Source of the DNA: Opitutales bacterium
GTDB lineage: Bacteria > Verrucomicrobiota > Verrucomicrobiia > Opitutales > UBA2987
Direction of reading: 5' to 3'
DNA length: 64,000 nt
Assembly: GCA_965226885.1 (NCBI GenBank)
Contig: CBDDEL010000011.1
Coordinates: 160,001 to 224,000, forward strand
Part shown: positions 52,049 to 63,205 of the stretch, in pieces
Numbering within the stretch: position 1 is the first letter of the stretch
How the letters are laid out: the number at the start of each line of letters is the position of its first letter
Program-made: the position numbers and the translations under genes
The notes under the pieces: model-generated
The model's input: the letters and a program-made list of their open reading frames with translations, nothing else
What the model was told of the DNA's origin: nothing
The model's database searches: none

Positions 52049-53754
52049 AAAGCAAGTATTACAGGACTTCCGGGCGGGATTACGCGCAAGAAGCCGGAGT
52101 TCACCAACGATTACCGGGGTCGGCGGGTGGAAAAAAAGGTACCCGACTGGAACGTGACCTCCTTTAGCCTTGTGAGTCACAACCGGTTCGTTTACGATGT
52201 GACGTGTACTGGATTTGTTGGACACGGGATTCTCTTATATTCATTGTTTATTGATTAGTGTGTCAGGCGGCTTGTTTTGGTAAAGGGTTTTGTTTTCTCG
52301 TTGCCCCCCATGGGGGGCAAATATTTTCCTCGAATTGGACTGGGCTTTGGTAACTCAGAGAGGAATGTTTGCGATATCGGTTGTAGAAGATTTCCACGTA
52401 TTCGAAGACAGTTGATCGCAGTTCGCGCTCGTCGGCAAAGTGGCGGCCTCGAATCGTGCTGGTCTTGAAGCGGCCGTAGAACGATTCCATGGCCGCGTTG
52501 TCGTAGCAGTTGCCTTGGGCGCTCATGCTCGGCTTCATGCCTAGTTCAGAGACCAGCCTCTGATAGTCGTCGCTGGCGTAGGGGCTGCCCCGATCGCTGT
52601 GATGAATAATCCCGGTGCGCAGTGTGCCGCGGGTCATGGCCGCGGCTTTGAGGGCCTTGCCAACCAGCTTCGCGTCGTTGTGGTTGGAAACGCTCCAGCC
52701 CAGCAGGCGTCGGCTGAACAGGTCCATCACCGTGGCCAAGTACATCCAACCGGCCAGGGTCCGTAGGTAGGTCGTGTCCGCCACCCAGACCTCGTCGATA
52801 TGGGTCGGCTGGCCATGCTTTTTAAGCACATTGGGGCTGTAACCATAGGGATGGTTACTGTTGGTTTTTAATGGCTTAAAGCGTTTACTCTGGGTGCTTT
52901 TGATTCCCATTTCACGCATCAGACGCAGAGCCCGGTCACGGCCGCAATCGATGCCCTCATCATCCTTCAGATGGCGGTGCATTGGCCGATGCCCATAGCG
53001 GCCCTTGGCCTCTTTGTGTACCTTCAGGATCGCCCCCTTGATTCCCTCGTCCTCGATCCGCCGGGCCGAGGGCGCTCGGTGCCTCCAGCAGTAATAGCCA
53101 CTGCGACAAATCCCCATCGCCGAGCATATTTCCTCGATCTTGAAGCGCCCCTCGTTGTCTTTGACAAACTGGTACTTCATTGTTCGTCCTTGGCAAAGTA
53201 GCCCACCGTTTTTTTTAGTATCTGGTTGATCCGCTCCGAGCGGCGCAGCTCTTTGCGAAGACGATCTATCTCGGCCGCCATCTCCTTCGGACTGCTCTGT
53301 CGCTTTGAGGTGGCTTCGCCCTGCTGATCGTCCAGATAGAGCCTCTTCCACCTATACAATTGGTTGGTGTTGACCCCAAGTTTGGTCGATACCTCGGTGG
53401 CGCTCAGACCATCGAGTATCATCAGTTGAACTGCCTCATTTTTGAACTCTATACTGCGTCTTCTTCCCATGCTTCGATTCTCCATTTAGGAGAATCTCGT
53501 GTCCACTTTTTCCAGTGCACATCAATGGCTTCAATCTTATTACGGAATTAAATGTGAACGTAAACACAGACACAGTGTCATTGAAACGCAGTTTTATTTG
53601 GGGTCTGGAAGGAACTGTATACAAAATAATGATCATGCAGAGATTGATTTCATCACAGACGATATCCGAAATTCTAAAATTTGAAAGATTACCCCCTGTA
53701 AAAGCAACTGACTTAATAAAGGGGCCTCCTGATATTAAAATTGACAACGATTAA
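52049..53754 (+). pseudogene. RHS-repeat protein remnant split by IS3-B
   Basis: After removing IS and one ATG: KKPEFTNDYRGRRVEKKVPDWNVTSFSLVSHNRFVYDGFNLITELN...RSFIWGLEG. Confidence 0.75.
52200..53524 (-). mobile_element. IS3-B copy 2
   Basis: Matches 17173-18500 with a 3-bp deletion in orfA; TSD ATG. Confidence 0.95.
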
Positions 53755-53831
53755 TTTTAGTTAGGTTTTATGTAAATATTCAATTAAATTTTTGAGATGA
53801 AAACTCAAGCCTTTTTCATATCTACTATCTA

Positions 53832-55665
53832 GAGGCTGTCCCAAAAGGGTGATTTTTGCGAGGGCTTTTGATAGGCGCTCATTTTAGAGGTATTTGCATT
53901 TGGGAGAGTATCAACTTTGCTCTCCTATGACGTTAGGATACTGGTTTTGGGGTCCGGTTGCCGGGTTTTCTTTGTATGAGCCGACAGTACGGCTGTGAAA
54001 AAGTATTGTCCTTGCTTTTCCGCTCTCTAGGCCGCCCCGCTCTCTAGGCCGCCGCTTTGGTTTTTAGTTCGTCTTGCTGGGCCAGCATCTTGGCTACTTT
54101 CCATAGGTTGTGCGAGAGTACCGACCAGGCTACGCTGATCGAGCGGTTGGCAAAGCCTTTGCTGCGCAACCGCCCGGCCTGCCAGCGATTCTTCAATACC
54201 CCGATCCGCCCTTCGGTGCTGGCCCGGCGCTTTTGCAATTGTCTGAACAGTGGTTCCTCCATCCGTTTTTTCAACTGCTTCGGATCGCGTGGACAGAGCG
54301 CGTCGTAGATTCCCTCCTGGGCTAACTGCCGGCGGGCCCGCTGGGAGGCAAATCCCCGGTCCGCGCACATGGCCGCTATGGGTTCTTCCAGGTTGAAGCG
54401 GTTCTGTCTTTGCAAACTCTCTTGCATTTGTTCATTTTCGCTTGGAGTTCGGCTGCCGTAGAGTTTCCAGTCCAGCAGGTACCCTTCAACGCTTTCTCCC
54501 AAAAACAGGGTGTTGCCGAACTCGACCTCTTGGCCCGCTTTACCTCGCACAATCACCTGCCCATCGAGTTCGTAAACACTCAAGACTTTCTCTGCGTTTT
54601 TCACCTGGCGGCCGCCAATGATCCGCTCGTGCGCCTGTTTGATGACCACCGGGATTTGCTCGCTCATGCGCTCCATCCGGGCGAGGATCTGTTGGACCTG
54701 TTTTTCGCTGTAATCGCTTTGCTCCCAGCAGGCTTGCAATAATTCCCGGTGACTGCGGGCATGCTCCCCGATCCGTTTGAGCAGCTTTTTCATCTGCCTC
54801 AAGATACCCTTGCGCTGCCGCGCGCTGTCCTTTCGCCGCCGGCTGTGGGTCATCTGTATGCACAGCCGATTCATCTGCCGAGCCAAGGGCTCCGGTTCGA
54901 TCGGCATGCGATGCCGCAAACCGGCCTTCTCGCGGATCAGCCGGATCGCTTTGAGCAACGTGCCGGCTACATCCTTGAGTAATACCCAGTCCGTCGGCCA
55001 ATGAATGTTAGCCTCCAAACAGGTGCCGTCGATCAGGCAAATGGTGGTGTCAATCGGCTTGTCCAATCCCACCTGCCGGGCCAGAAGGGCATCGCCCACC
55101 ACCTCAGTCAAGGTCCGGTGCAAGGCCCTCAACTGCTCTTCGCTGAAAAACTTCGAGGCCCCCTCCAGGGTGCTTTTGGAGATGCCCCTGATGCCATCGA
55201 TCTGCCGGACACGGCAAAAGTCGGCCAACAGATCGCTGCTGCCCAGAGCCCGCGACAAATGCCGAAACGAAATCCCTCCGAGCAGACGGCCCAGCGTATC
55301 CATGCGCAGTGCCTTGATGGCAAAACTGGCCCGCTGCCGCCGGGCCTTTAGACCCATTGGCGGCCACCCCTCCAAGGCCAGCTCAATGGCCTGCGATTCC
55401 ACCTCCGAGTCGATCAGCAGCCGATCGATTCGATCAATGGTGGCGCGGAAGTTATCGTAATCGAGGCACCGGTCGACCACAGTTAAAGCTGGACGCAGGA
55501 GGCATTGGATGGCTATATTTTTCATAGAAAGGGCTATATTGATTTTCGCTAACTCAATTATAGAACCCTTTTTTGGCCGGATCGAGCAAAAACTTGCTCT
55601 TTCCGGCTCTTTTTATCAACGTCATCCAGTTGACTATAAAATCTTTATATTTTTGGGACAGCCTC
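53832..55665 (-). mobile_element. IS5/ISNCY-like element copy 2, intact (transposase 54044-55525)
   Basis: 15-bp IRs, 6-bp TSD TATCTA, 17-bp duplication at 54020-54053 around the stop codon. Confidence 0.93.
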
Positions 55666-56131
55666 TATCTATGCATGCTTCATATTAAGCTGTAATGCAA
55701 ACGGTACTGATTTTTCAACATCTGATGGGTTAAAAATTTCCTGCTATTATTCCATTGCAAGGGGAACTAACTATAGTGAATTAGACAGATTTTTATTTGG
55801 AGAATACGGTTATAATGAATATCTTTTTAAAGCATATCTTGAAAATATCAGTGAAAAGCCTATTACCGTTCTCACGCCCTATTACCGTTCTCACGCGTAT
55901 GTACAAATCAGATCCTTTAGCAGATCGTATGATTTTAGATTATTTTTGGTTTATCCCAGAAACTGATGATGGGCGTAAAATTAAGCCACCATTATCATTG
56001 TTGGGACCTGTTACTTTAAGGAGCGGTGAGTTAACAGGGCTTAAGACTACTACAATAAAAGTTAGATCCGATATGAAATTATCTGAAAATTTTGTTGTTA
56101 TTTATAAAGTCCCAGAAATTTACAAGGAGTA

Positions 56132-57524
56132 TGACGTGTACTGGATTTGTTGGACACGGGATTCTCTTATATTCATTGTTTATTGATTAGTGTGTCAGGT
56201 GACGTGTACTGGATTTGTTGGACACGGGATTCTCTTATATTCATTGTTTATTGATTAGTGTGTCAGGCGGCTTGTTTTGGTAAAGGGTTTTGTTTTCTCG
56301 TTGCCCCCCATGGGGGGCAAATATTTTCCTCGAATTGGACTGGGCTTTGGTAACTCAGAGAGGAATGTTTGCGATATCGGTTGTAGAAGATTTCCACGTA
56401 TTCGAAGACAGTTGATCGCAGTTCGCGCTCGTCGGCAAAGTGGCGGCCTCGAATCGTGCTGGTCTTGAAGCGGCCGTAGAACGATTCCATGGCCGCGTTG
56501 TCGTAGCAGTTGCCTTGGGCGCTCATGCTCGGCTTCATGCCTAGTTCAGAGACCAGCCTCTGATAGTCGTCGCTGGCGTAGGGGCTGCCCCGATCGCTGT
56601 GATGAATAATCCCGGTGCGCAGTGTGCCGCGGGTCATGGCCGCGGCTTTGAGGGCCTTGCCAACCAGCTTCGCGTCGTTGTGGTTGGAAACGCTCCAGCC
56701 CAGCAGGCGTCGGCTGAACAGGTCCATCACCGTGGCCAAGTACATCCAACCGGCCAGGGTCCGTAGGTAGGTCGTGTCCGCCACCCAGACCTCGTCGATA
56801 TGGGTCGGCTGGCCATGCTTTTTAAGCACATTGGGGCTGTAACCATAGGGATGGTTACTGTTGGTTTTTAATGGCTTAAAGCGTTTACTCTGGGTGCTTT
56901 TGATTCCCATTTCACGCATCAGACGCAGAGCCCGGTCACGGCCGCAATCGATGCCCTCATCATCCTTCAGATGGCGGTGCATTGGCCGATGCCCATAGCG
57001 GCCCTTGGCCTCTTTGTGTACCTTCAGGATCGCCCCCTTGATTCCCTCGTCCTCGATCCGCCGGGCCGAGGGCGCTCGGTGCCTCCAGCAGTAATAGCCA
57101 CTGCGACAAATCCCCATCGCCGAGCATATTTCCTCGATCTTGAAGCGCCCCTCGTTGTCTTTGACAAACTGGTACTTCATTGTTCGTCCTTGGCAAAGTA
57201 GCCCACCGTTTTTTTTAGTATCTGGTTGATCCGCTCCGAGCGGCGCAGCTCTTTGCGAAGACGATCTATCTCGGCCGCCATCTCCTTCGGACTGCTCTGT
57301 CGCTTTGAGGTGGCTTCGCCCTGCTGATCGTCCAGATAGAGCCTCTTCCACCTATACAATTGGTTGGTGTTGACCCCAAGTTTGGTCGATACCTCGGTGG
57401 CGCTCAGACCATCGAGTATCATCAGTTGAACTGCCTCATTTTTGAACTCTATACTGCGTCTTCTTCCCATGCTTCGATTCTCCATTTAGGAGAATCTCGT
57501 GTCCACTTTTTCCAGTGCACATCA
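56132..57524 (-). mobile_element. IS3-B copy 3 preceded by an extra 68-bp copy of its end
   Basis: 56132-56199 repeats at 56200; outer TSD GTA. Confidence 0.93.
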
Positions 57525-57996
57525 GTATTATAATATCTGGACCGGAAGAATTACTTTAAAACCTATAAAAAATAAAAAGATGGCACACGGTAGCAAAGGG
57601 GATGCCAAATGACGGCAAATCTTGAAGCCAGCTTCTCGGAGTGGTTGCTCCTTGTGCACCTTCCCCTACTATCCAAACACGCCTACCGAGAAGCGCCGTG
57701 ACGACAGCTCAACGAGCAAAGTAAGAATAATACAAAAGGTCCCACCGCCTCCATGTGATGTCCAATATTTATCAACCACGGATTGCACGGATTTTTGCGG
57801 CTACTGGAGATTGGATGGAGGATGAGGGATGGCGCTTCGCTCGGTACAGGTGTCGGGTGTCAGTGAATATGATGGCTGCGTTTGTGGGCGCAATTTGCGG
57901 GTTTATGGTATTTTTTTGGGGTTTTTATCGGTGATTGGTGGATTTTTATCTGTTGGGAGGGTGTTTTTTTGATGAAAAATACCCTGAAAATCGATG

Positions 57997-58061
57997 TTTA
58001 ATCAAACGCATCAAACGTAGCCAACCTATGGATTGACGTTTTTTACGATTTGCTGTATAAT
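57997..58061 (+). promoter_or_regulatory. Shared promoter cassette, copy 2; near-consensus sigma-70 promoter for fabD
   Basis: TTGACG (58033-58038)-N17-TATAAT (58056-58061) preceded by the 29-bp conserved block. Confidence 0.8.
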
Positions 58062-58190
58062 GTCGCTCTATGTTGCAAAAGACTTCAGTGGAACCGACTT
58101 CAGTGGAACCGTTTTTTGGCTGTTGCCGTTTGAGTGAGGTTTGGGTTGATCTTTGATTGAGGGTTTTCTTACTGGGTGGTTTTTATTTTT

Positions 58191-59126
58191 ATGAACAAAA
58201 CTAAATCTATGGCTATTGCTTTGCTTTTTTCGGGGCAGGGCGCGCAAAAAGTCGGCATGGGCCGCAGTTTGCACGACAGCTCTCCACTGGCGCGCGATCT
58301 TTATGGGCGGGCCGATGATATCCTGGGCTGGAGCCTGAGCGAGGCTTCTTTCCGGGGTCCCGAGGATTTGCTGACTGAAACGCGCGTCTGCCAGCCAGCT
58401 TTGTTTGTCATGGGGTATGCACTTTATGCCATTCTGAAAGATGCAGGCAGGCTCGATGGCGGTGGTTTGAGGGTCGCGCTGGGGCTCAGTCTGGGCGAAT
58501 TGACGGCCCTGGCGGCGGCGGAAGCATTCGATCTCGAGACCGGTTTGCGGCTGGTAGCGGAGAGGGGGCGGCTCATGCAGCTAGCTTGTGAAGCAACCAA
58601 GGGAGGCATGGCCAGCCTGATCGGGGGGACGGTCGAGGATGCGAAAAACCTTTGCGCCGAGTTCGATATCGATCTGGCCAACCTCAATTGTCCGGGCCAA
58701 ACCGTGGTATCGGGTGCAACGGACCGGATCGAAGCGGCAGTGGCAGTGGCCAAAGAGGGGGGGTTGTTTCGGATGGTTGTCCCTCTCAAGGTGGCGGGCG
58801 CTTATCACAGCCGCTTGATGGAACCGGCGCGGGAGGACTTTGCCCGTTTCCTGGCCAAATGCGATGTTAGAAAGCCCTCCATACCGGTCTATTCCAACAC
58901 CGAGGCCAAAGTCATGGAAGATCCGCCAGCCATCCGGTCGGCTTTGACCCGGCAAATAGTGTCGCCCGTTCGATGGGAAGAGTGCATGCGCAATGCGGCC
59001 GCCCCCGGTATCGATGCCTTTTATGAATGCGGACCTGGAAAAGTGCTCGCCGGTTTGGCCCGCAGAACCGATAGATCCTGGAATGTGATAAGCCTGGCCG
59101 AGTATGGCGATTTGATGAATGAGTGA
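58191..59126 (+). CDS. fabD: Malonyl-CoA:ACP transacylase
   Basis: LFSGQGAQKVGMG, QPAL, GLSLGE, NCPGQTVVSG, AYHS, GPGKVL. Confidence 0.93.
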   Translation: MNKTKSMAIALLFSGQGAQKVGMGRSLHDSSPLARDLYGRADDILGWSLSEASFRGPEDLLTETRVCQPALFVMGYALYAILKDAGRLDGGGLRVALGLSLGELTALAAAEAFDLETGLRLVAERGRLMQLACEATKGGMASLIGGTVEDAKNLCAEFDIDLANLNCPGQTVVSGATDRIEAAVAVAKEGGLFRMVVPLKVAGAYHSRLMEPAREDFARFLAKCDVRKPSIPVYSNTEAKVMEDPPAIRSALTRQIVSPVRWEECMRNAAAPGIDAFYECGPGKVLAGLARRTDRSWNVISLAEYGDLMNE

Positions 59127-59228
59127 TGGCGGATGCTTGATACTTGATGTATCCTATCCCCTTGGGCATTTTTTAAAGATTGCAATCAGCCGCTTCCGGC
59201 ACTTTCTCCCATAGTCTCCATTTTATTT

Positions 59229-61028
59229 ATGTCTTCGGTATCCCATATCAGGAATTTTTGTATCATTGCCCATATCGATCATGGCAAGACGACTTTGTCC
59301 GACCGGCTTCTGGAGATTACCAATACGGTCGAAAAAAGGGTTATGAAGGAACAATTGCTGGACTCCATGGACCTGGAGCGGGAGCGAGGCATCACCATCA
59401 AGAGCCACCCGGTTACGATACACTATCGCGATTCCACCGGGCAGGATTATACCCTGAACCTGATCGATACGCCGGGGCATGTGGATTTTTCCTATGAAGT
59501 TTCGCGAAGCCTGGCTGCCTGTGAAGGGGCCCTCCTTCTGGTGGATGCGGCCCAGGGAATCGAAGCGCAAACGGTGGCCAATGCCCATCTGGCCATAGAA
59601 CAGGGCCTGGCGATTATTCCCGTCATCAATAAAATCGACTTGCCGGGGGCTGACATCCCCGCGGTGCAGCACCAGTTGGAAGAAATTCTGGCCATCCCGG
59701 CAGATGAAACCTTGCAGGCCAGCGCCAAAAGCGGTCAGGGCATCGAAGAGATTCTGGAGAGAGTGGTAGAACTTGTGCCCGAGCCCCGATGGGCCGATCT
59801 AAAAGAGACCCGCGGGCTTATTTTCGATTGTATATTCGATACCTTCAAGGGGGTCATTTGCTATGTGCGCGTTTTCTCGGGCTCATTGAAACGGGCCGAT
59901 CATGTGCTCTTGATGAGCGAAGGGGTGCGGGCGGAGATTAAGGAGGTCGGCTTGTTTACCCCCAAAATGAAGCCGGCCGAATCACTGCAAAGCGGCAGTG
60001 TGGGTTATATAGTGACAAACCTGAAAGAAGTTTCCGATGTCAAACTAGGCGACACCGTAACGCTGGCCCAGGAACCGGCCACGGAGATGCTTCCTGGCTA
60101 CCATGAAGTGCGCCCCATGGTTTTTAGCGGAATCTATCCCCTGGACACCACCTCTTATGAAAAGCTCAAATCCAGCGTGGGTAAATTGCGGCTCAACGAT
60201 GCCGCCTTCGTTTATCAGCCGGAAACGTCCACTGCTCTCGGTTTCGGCTTTCGCTGCGGATTCCTCGGACTGCTGCATATGGAGATTATCATAGAGCGAA
60301 TCCGGCGTGAGTACGACCTGGACATCATCTCCACCTACCCCAGCGTGGTTTACCGGATAATCCTGACCGATGGGCGGCATATCGAAATTGACAATCCCGC
60401 CCACCTGCCGGAAATCACCGAAATCGAGTACATCGAAGAACCTTTTATCAGCGCCAATCTGCATATACCGACCACCAGCGTGGGCGATATTCTCGGGCTC
60501 ATCCTGGATCGGCGGGGCACCTGCGAACATACCGAGAGTGTGGACGAAAGCCGCCTCATATTGCGGTGCCTGCTGCCCTTGAACGAAATCCTGGTGGATT
60601 TTAACGACCGCCTGAAAAGCATTACGCGCGGCTACGGCTCCATGGATTACGATCTCGCAGATTACCGTAAGGCGGACATGGTGCGGCTGGATATTCTAGT
60701 CAACGGGGAGCTGGTCGATGCCTTCTCTTCTATAGTCCACCGCAAAAAGGCGGATGGAAAAGGGCGCGTCCTCTGCAAAAAACTTAAAGAAATTCTACCA
60801 CGGCAACTTTATAAAGTAGCCATCCAGGCGGCGGTGGGAGGAAACGTCGTGGCCAGAGAAACATTGGGCGCTCTGCGCAAGGATGTGACCGCCAAATGCT
60901 ACGGCGGCGATATAACACGCAAAAAGAAATTGCTGGAAAGACAGAAAGAAGGTAAAAAACGGATGAAACAAATCGGGAAAATCAGCATACCGCAGGAAGC
61001 TTTTATCAATATTCTCAAATCGACCTGA
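59229..61028 (+). CDS. lepA: Elongation factor 4
   Basis: RNFCIIAHIDHGKTT, DTPGHVDF, GFRCGFLGLLH, KCYGGDITRKKKLL. Confidence 0.98.
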   Translation: MSSVSHIRNFCIIAHIDHGKTTLSDRLLEITNTVEKRVMKEQLLDSMDLERERGITIKSHPVTIHYRDSTGQDYTLNLIDTPGHVDFSYEVSRSLAACEGALLLVDAAQGIEAQTVANAHLAIEQGLAIIPVINKIDLPGADIPAVQHQLEEILAIPADETLQASAKSGQGIEEILERVVELVPEPRWADLKETRGLIFDCIFDTFKGVICYVRVFSGSLKRADHVLLMSEGVRAEIKEVGLFTPKMKPAESLQSGSVGYIVTNLKEVSDVKLGDTVTLAQEPATEMLPGYHEVRPMVFSGIYPLDTTSYEKLKSSVGKLRLNDAAFVYQPETSTALGFGFRCGFLGLLHMEIIIERIRREYDLDIISTYPSVVYRIILTDGRHIEIDNPAHLPEITEIEYIEEPFISANLHIPTTSVGDILGLILDRRGTCEHTESVDESRLILRCLLPLNEILVDFNDRLKSITRGYGSMDYDLADYRKADMVRLDILVNGELVDAFSSIVHRKKADGKGRVLCKKLKEILPRQLYKVAIQAAVGGNVVARETLGALRKDVTAKCYGGDITRKKKLLERQKEGKKRMKQIGKISIPQEAFINILKST

Positions 61029-61084
61029 TTTTTTGTGGAACCGGACCCGTGGGAATGATTGTCTAACTGCAAATCCGATCAATA

Positions 61085-62350
61085 ATGCCTTTTCTGAAAA
61101 AATCCAAATCATCGCAAAAAAAGCTTCGCAAAGAGGCCGGCCATTGGCTTCGGCTGGGGCACAAGGTGCAAGCTTATCGCTGTGACGTCATGGCGGCTGG
61201 CGATTTGGAAAAATTGCGCCGGGCTATGGCCGAACTCGAGGAGGCGTTGAAGGCGGAAGAAATGGAGGAAGCGGTGGCCGGTTCGATCACCCGACTGAAA
61301 AAGATATTAAGCAAATGCGGCGGCTGTTATTACCCTCACAGCCATTGGGTTGAAAACGTGGAAATGTTTCTGGTGGCGGCGATCCTGGCCATAGGCATCC
61401 GCACCTACTTCATCCAGCCATTCAAAATTCCGACCAATTCCATGTATCCCACCTACAATGGATTGACCTATAAACTTTATGACGTTGAAAACTCCGAGCC
61501 CGAAGAACCTCCGGGGATTGCGAATCGAATTTTCAGAAAACTGGTTCTGGGCGCTTCCTACAAAGAGATCGTTGCTCCCGTGGATGGCGAATTGCGCATC
61601 GCTCTGCCCTCCTTTCGTTCCAGCAGGGAAGCCATGGGGCACAACAGCAATTTTTCCTATCAGATGGTTGGCGGGCGCAAATGGCTTCTCTTCCCCACCA
61701 CGCTGAAGGAATTCAAATTTTATATCGGCAATCAACCCGTAACCGTTCGTGTACCGCCCGATTTCGTATTCGACCGGGTAGTGCAGGAACTATTTGCCAA
61801 GACTTTCAACAATCCCGTGACGGATCCGAATTTGGGCCGGGTGTTGAACACGGGACTGCATTTCAAAAAAGGTGAATGGGTATTGAGTTTCGAGATTTTA
61901 ACCGGAGACGCTCTCTTTGTGGACCGCATTTCCTACCATTTTTTTCCTCCCAAGATTGGCGACCCCTTTGTTTTCCGTACCGACAATATTGTGGGCATCT
62001 CCCAATCGAACCGTGGAAAATATTATATCAAGCGGCTGGTCGGCCAGGGGGGCGACACCCTGAGCGTTAGAAACTCGGTCCTCTACCGCAACGGTAATCC
62101 CATTGAGGGAGCCGGGGCATTCGAAAAGAATGCCAACCGGGAGGGGGATTACGAGGGGTACTCAAACCGTTGGCGGCTAAACACCGGCCTCGAAGACACG
62201 ATTCCGGAGCATCATTATTACGCCATGGGGGATAATTCCGACCAGAGCTCCGACAGCCGAGCTTGGGGTTATGTGCCGAAGAGGGAAGTAGTGGGCAAAG
62301 CCATCTTCATCTACTACCCATTTACCCGCCGTTTCGGACCTGCCCGATAG
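61085..62350 (+). CDS. lepB: Signal peptidase I
   Basis: FKIPTNSMYPT, YIKRLVG, MGDNSDQSSDSRAWG; follows lepA. Confidence 0.93.
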   Translation: MPFLKKSKSSQKKLRKEAGHWLRLGHKVQAYRCDVMAAGDLEKLRRAMAELEEALKAEEMEEAVAGSITRLKKILSKCGGCYYPHSHWVENVEMFLVAAILAIGIRTYFIQPFKIPTNSMYPTYNGLTYKLYDVENSEPEEPPGIANRIFRKLVLGASYKEIVAPVDGELRIALPSFRSSREAMGHNSNFSYQMVGGRKWLLFPTTLKEFKFYIGNQPVTVRVPPDFVFDRVVQELFAKTFNNPVTDPNLGRVLNTGLHFKKGEWVLSFEILTGDALFVDRISYHFFPPKIGDPFVFRTDNIVGISQSNRGKYYIKRLVGQGGDTLSVRNSVLYRNGNPIEGAGAFEKNANREGDYEGYSNRWRLNTGLEDTIPEHHYYAMGDNSDQSSDSRAWGYVPKREVVGKAIFIYYPFTRRFGPAR

Positions 62351-62494
62351 AGCCAGATACGTCTGGGGAAGGTGGCTGGCGGATTGGAGGTTGTTGCGCT
62401 GCCCGGCGCCGCATCCGTCCCTTAAAACATATTGGATTTATTCTGAACGGATAATGGGATGAATGTTTGTTCCGAATCTAAGCGGAAATGAAAC

Positions 62495-62635
62495 TGTCTC
62501 GAAAATGGGACATGGCCTGTACCGCAAGTGGAACAAATAAGATGTCAGAGAAATTTCCAGGAGTCTAATATAAATGCATCTACCTTATTATCAACGAGAT
62601 AAACTGAACCAATATCGAATTGGCACGCTTAATGA
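62495..62635 (+). promoter_or_regulatory. Putative sigma-54 promoter with two upstream activator-like sites
   Basis: TGTCTCgaaaatGGGACA (62495) and TGTACCgcaagtGGAACA (62518); TTGGCACG-N4-ATGA at 62620 (weak -12). Confidence 0.45.
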
Positions 62636-63205
62636 TTAAAGGACAGGCAAAATGGAAACTATCAACCCTAATGTTTCAAAAAACCGTGGACGACACAATG
62701 AGCGCGGATCATGAAAAAAGAGTTTCTATCCCCCATAAACCATTATCTGAATTTAACTTTTTAATCTGTGGTTGATAGATTGGAGTACCATCCACCCTGG
62801 CCTTGAGTGTCCCGCTTATATTTCAAAACGAAAATTTTCCTGAATCCAAAACTATCTTTTTTCCGTCTATTTATAAAACAAACGATGAATAATGCAGATC
62901 AAGTACAGCTTGGGCCAAAAGTATACAATACAGTTTTAGAAAAAGAGTCTGTAATGGTTACAATTTATGAATTTTGTATCTGTTTTGATAATTAAAAATG
63001 ACGTAATATAAATATCGAATAAAGAAAATTGTGATAACGAAATAACTGGCGGTTCGCCATAACCAAATAAATTTCAACCCCGCGCACTAAATAATCTGGA
63101 CTGATTAATATTATGAACACATTAATACAATCCTCAGCAAAAAGGGAAAGACCAACAATAGAAGTGATGGAAAACTCCTACCCAACCCGAAGAGAAGAAA
63201 AAAAT

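Larger units (their letters stand above)
53797..57612 (+). pseudogene. 186-aa putative lipoprotein broken by two ISs and a 19-bp duplication
   Basis: Removing IS5-like (TSD TATCTA), one 19-mer and IS3-B (TSD GTA) gives a stop-free ORF MKTQAFFISTIYACFILSCNANG...YKEYYNIWTGRI...GDAK*. Confidence 0.8.

Noticed and set aside
52200..57524. Composite transposon or artefact, as IS3-B copies are exactly 4000 bp apart
   Set aside because: Each copy has its own TSD (ATG, GTA) and the interrupted ORFs rejoin across both, so they are independent insertions and the spacing is coincidence.
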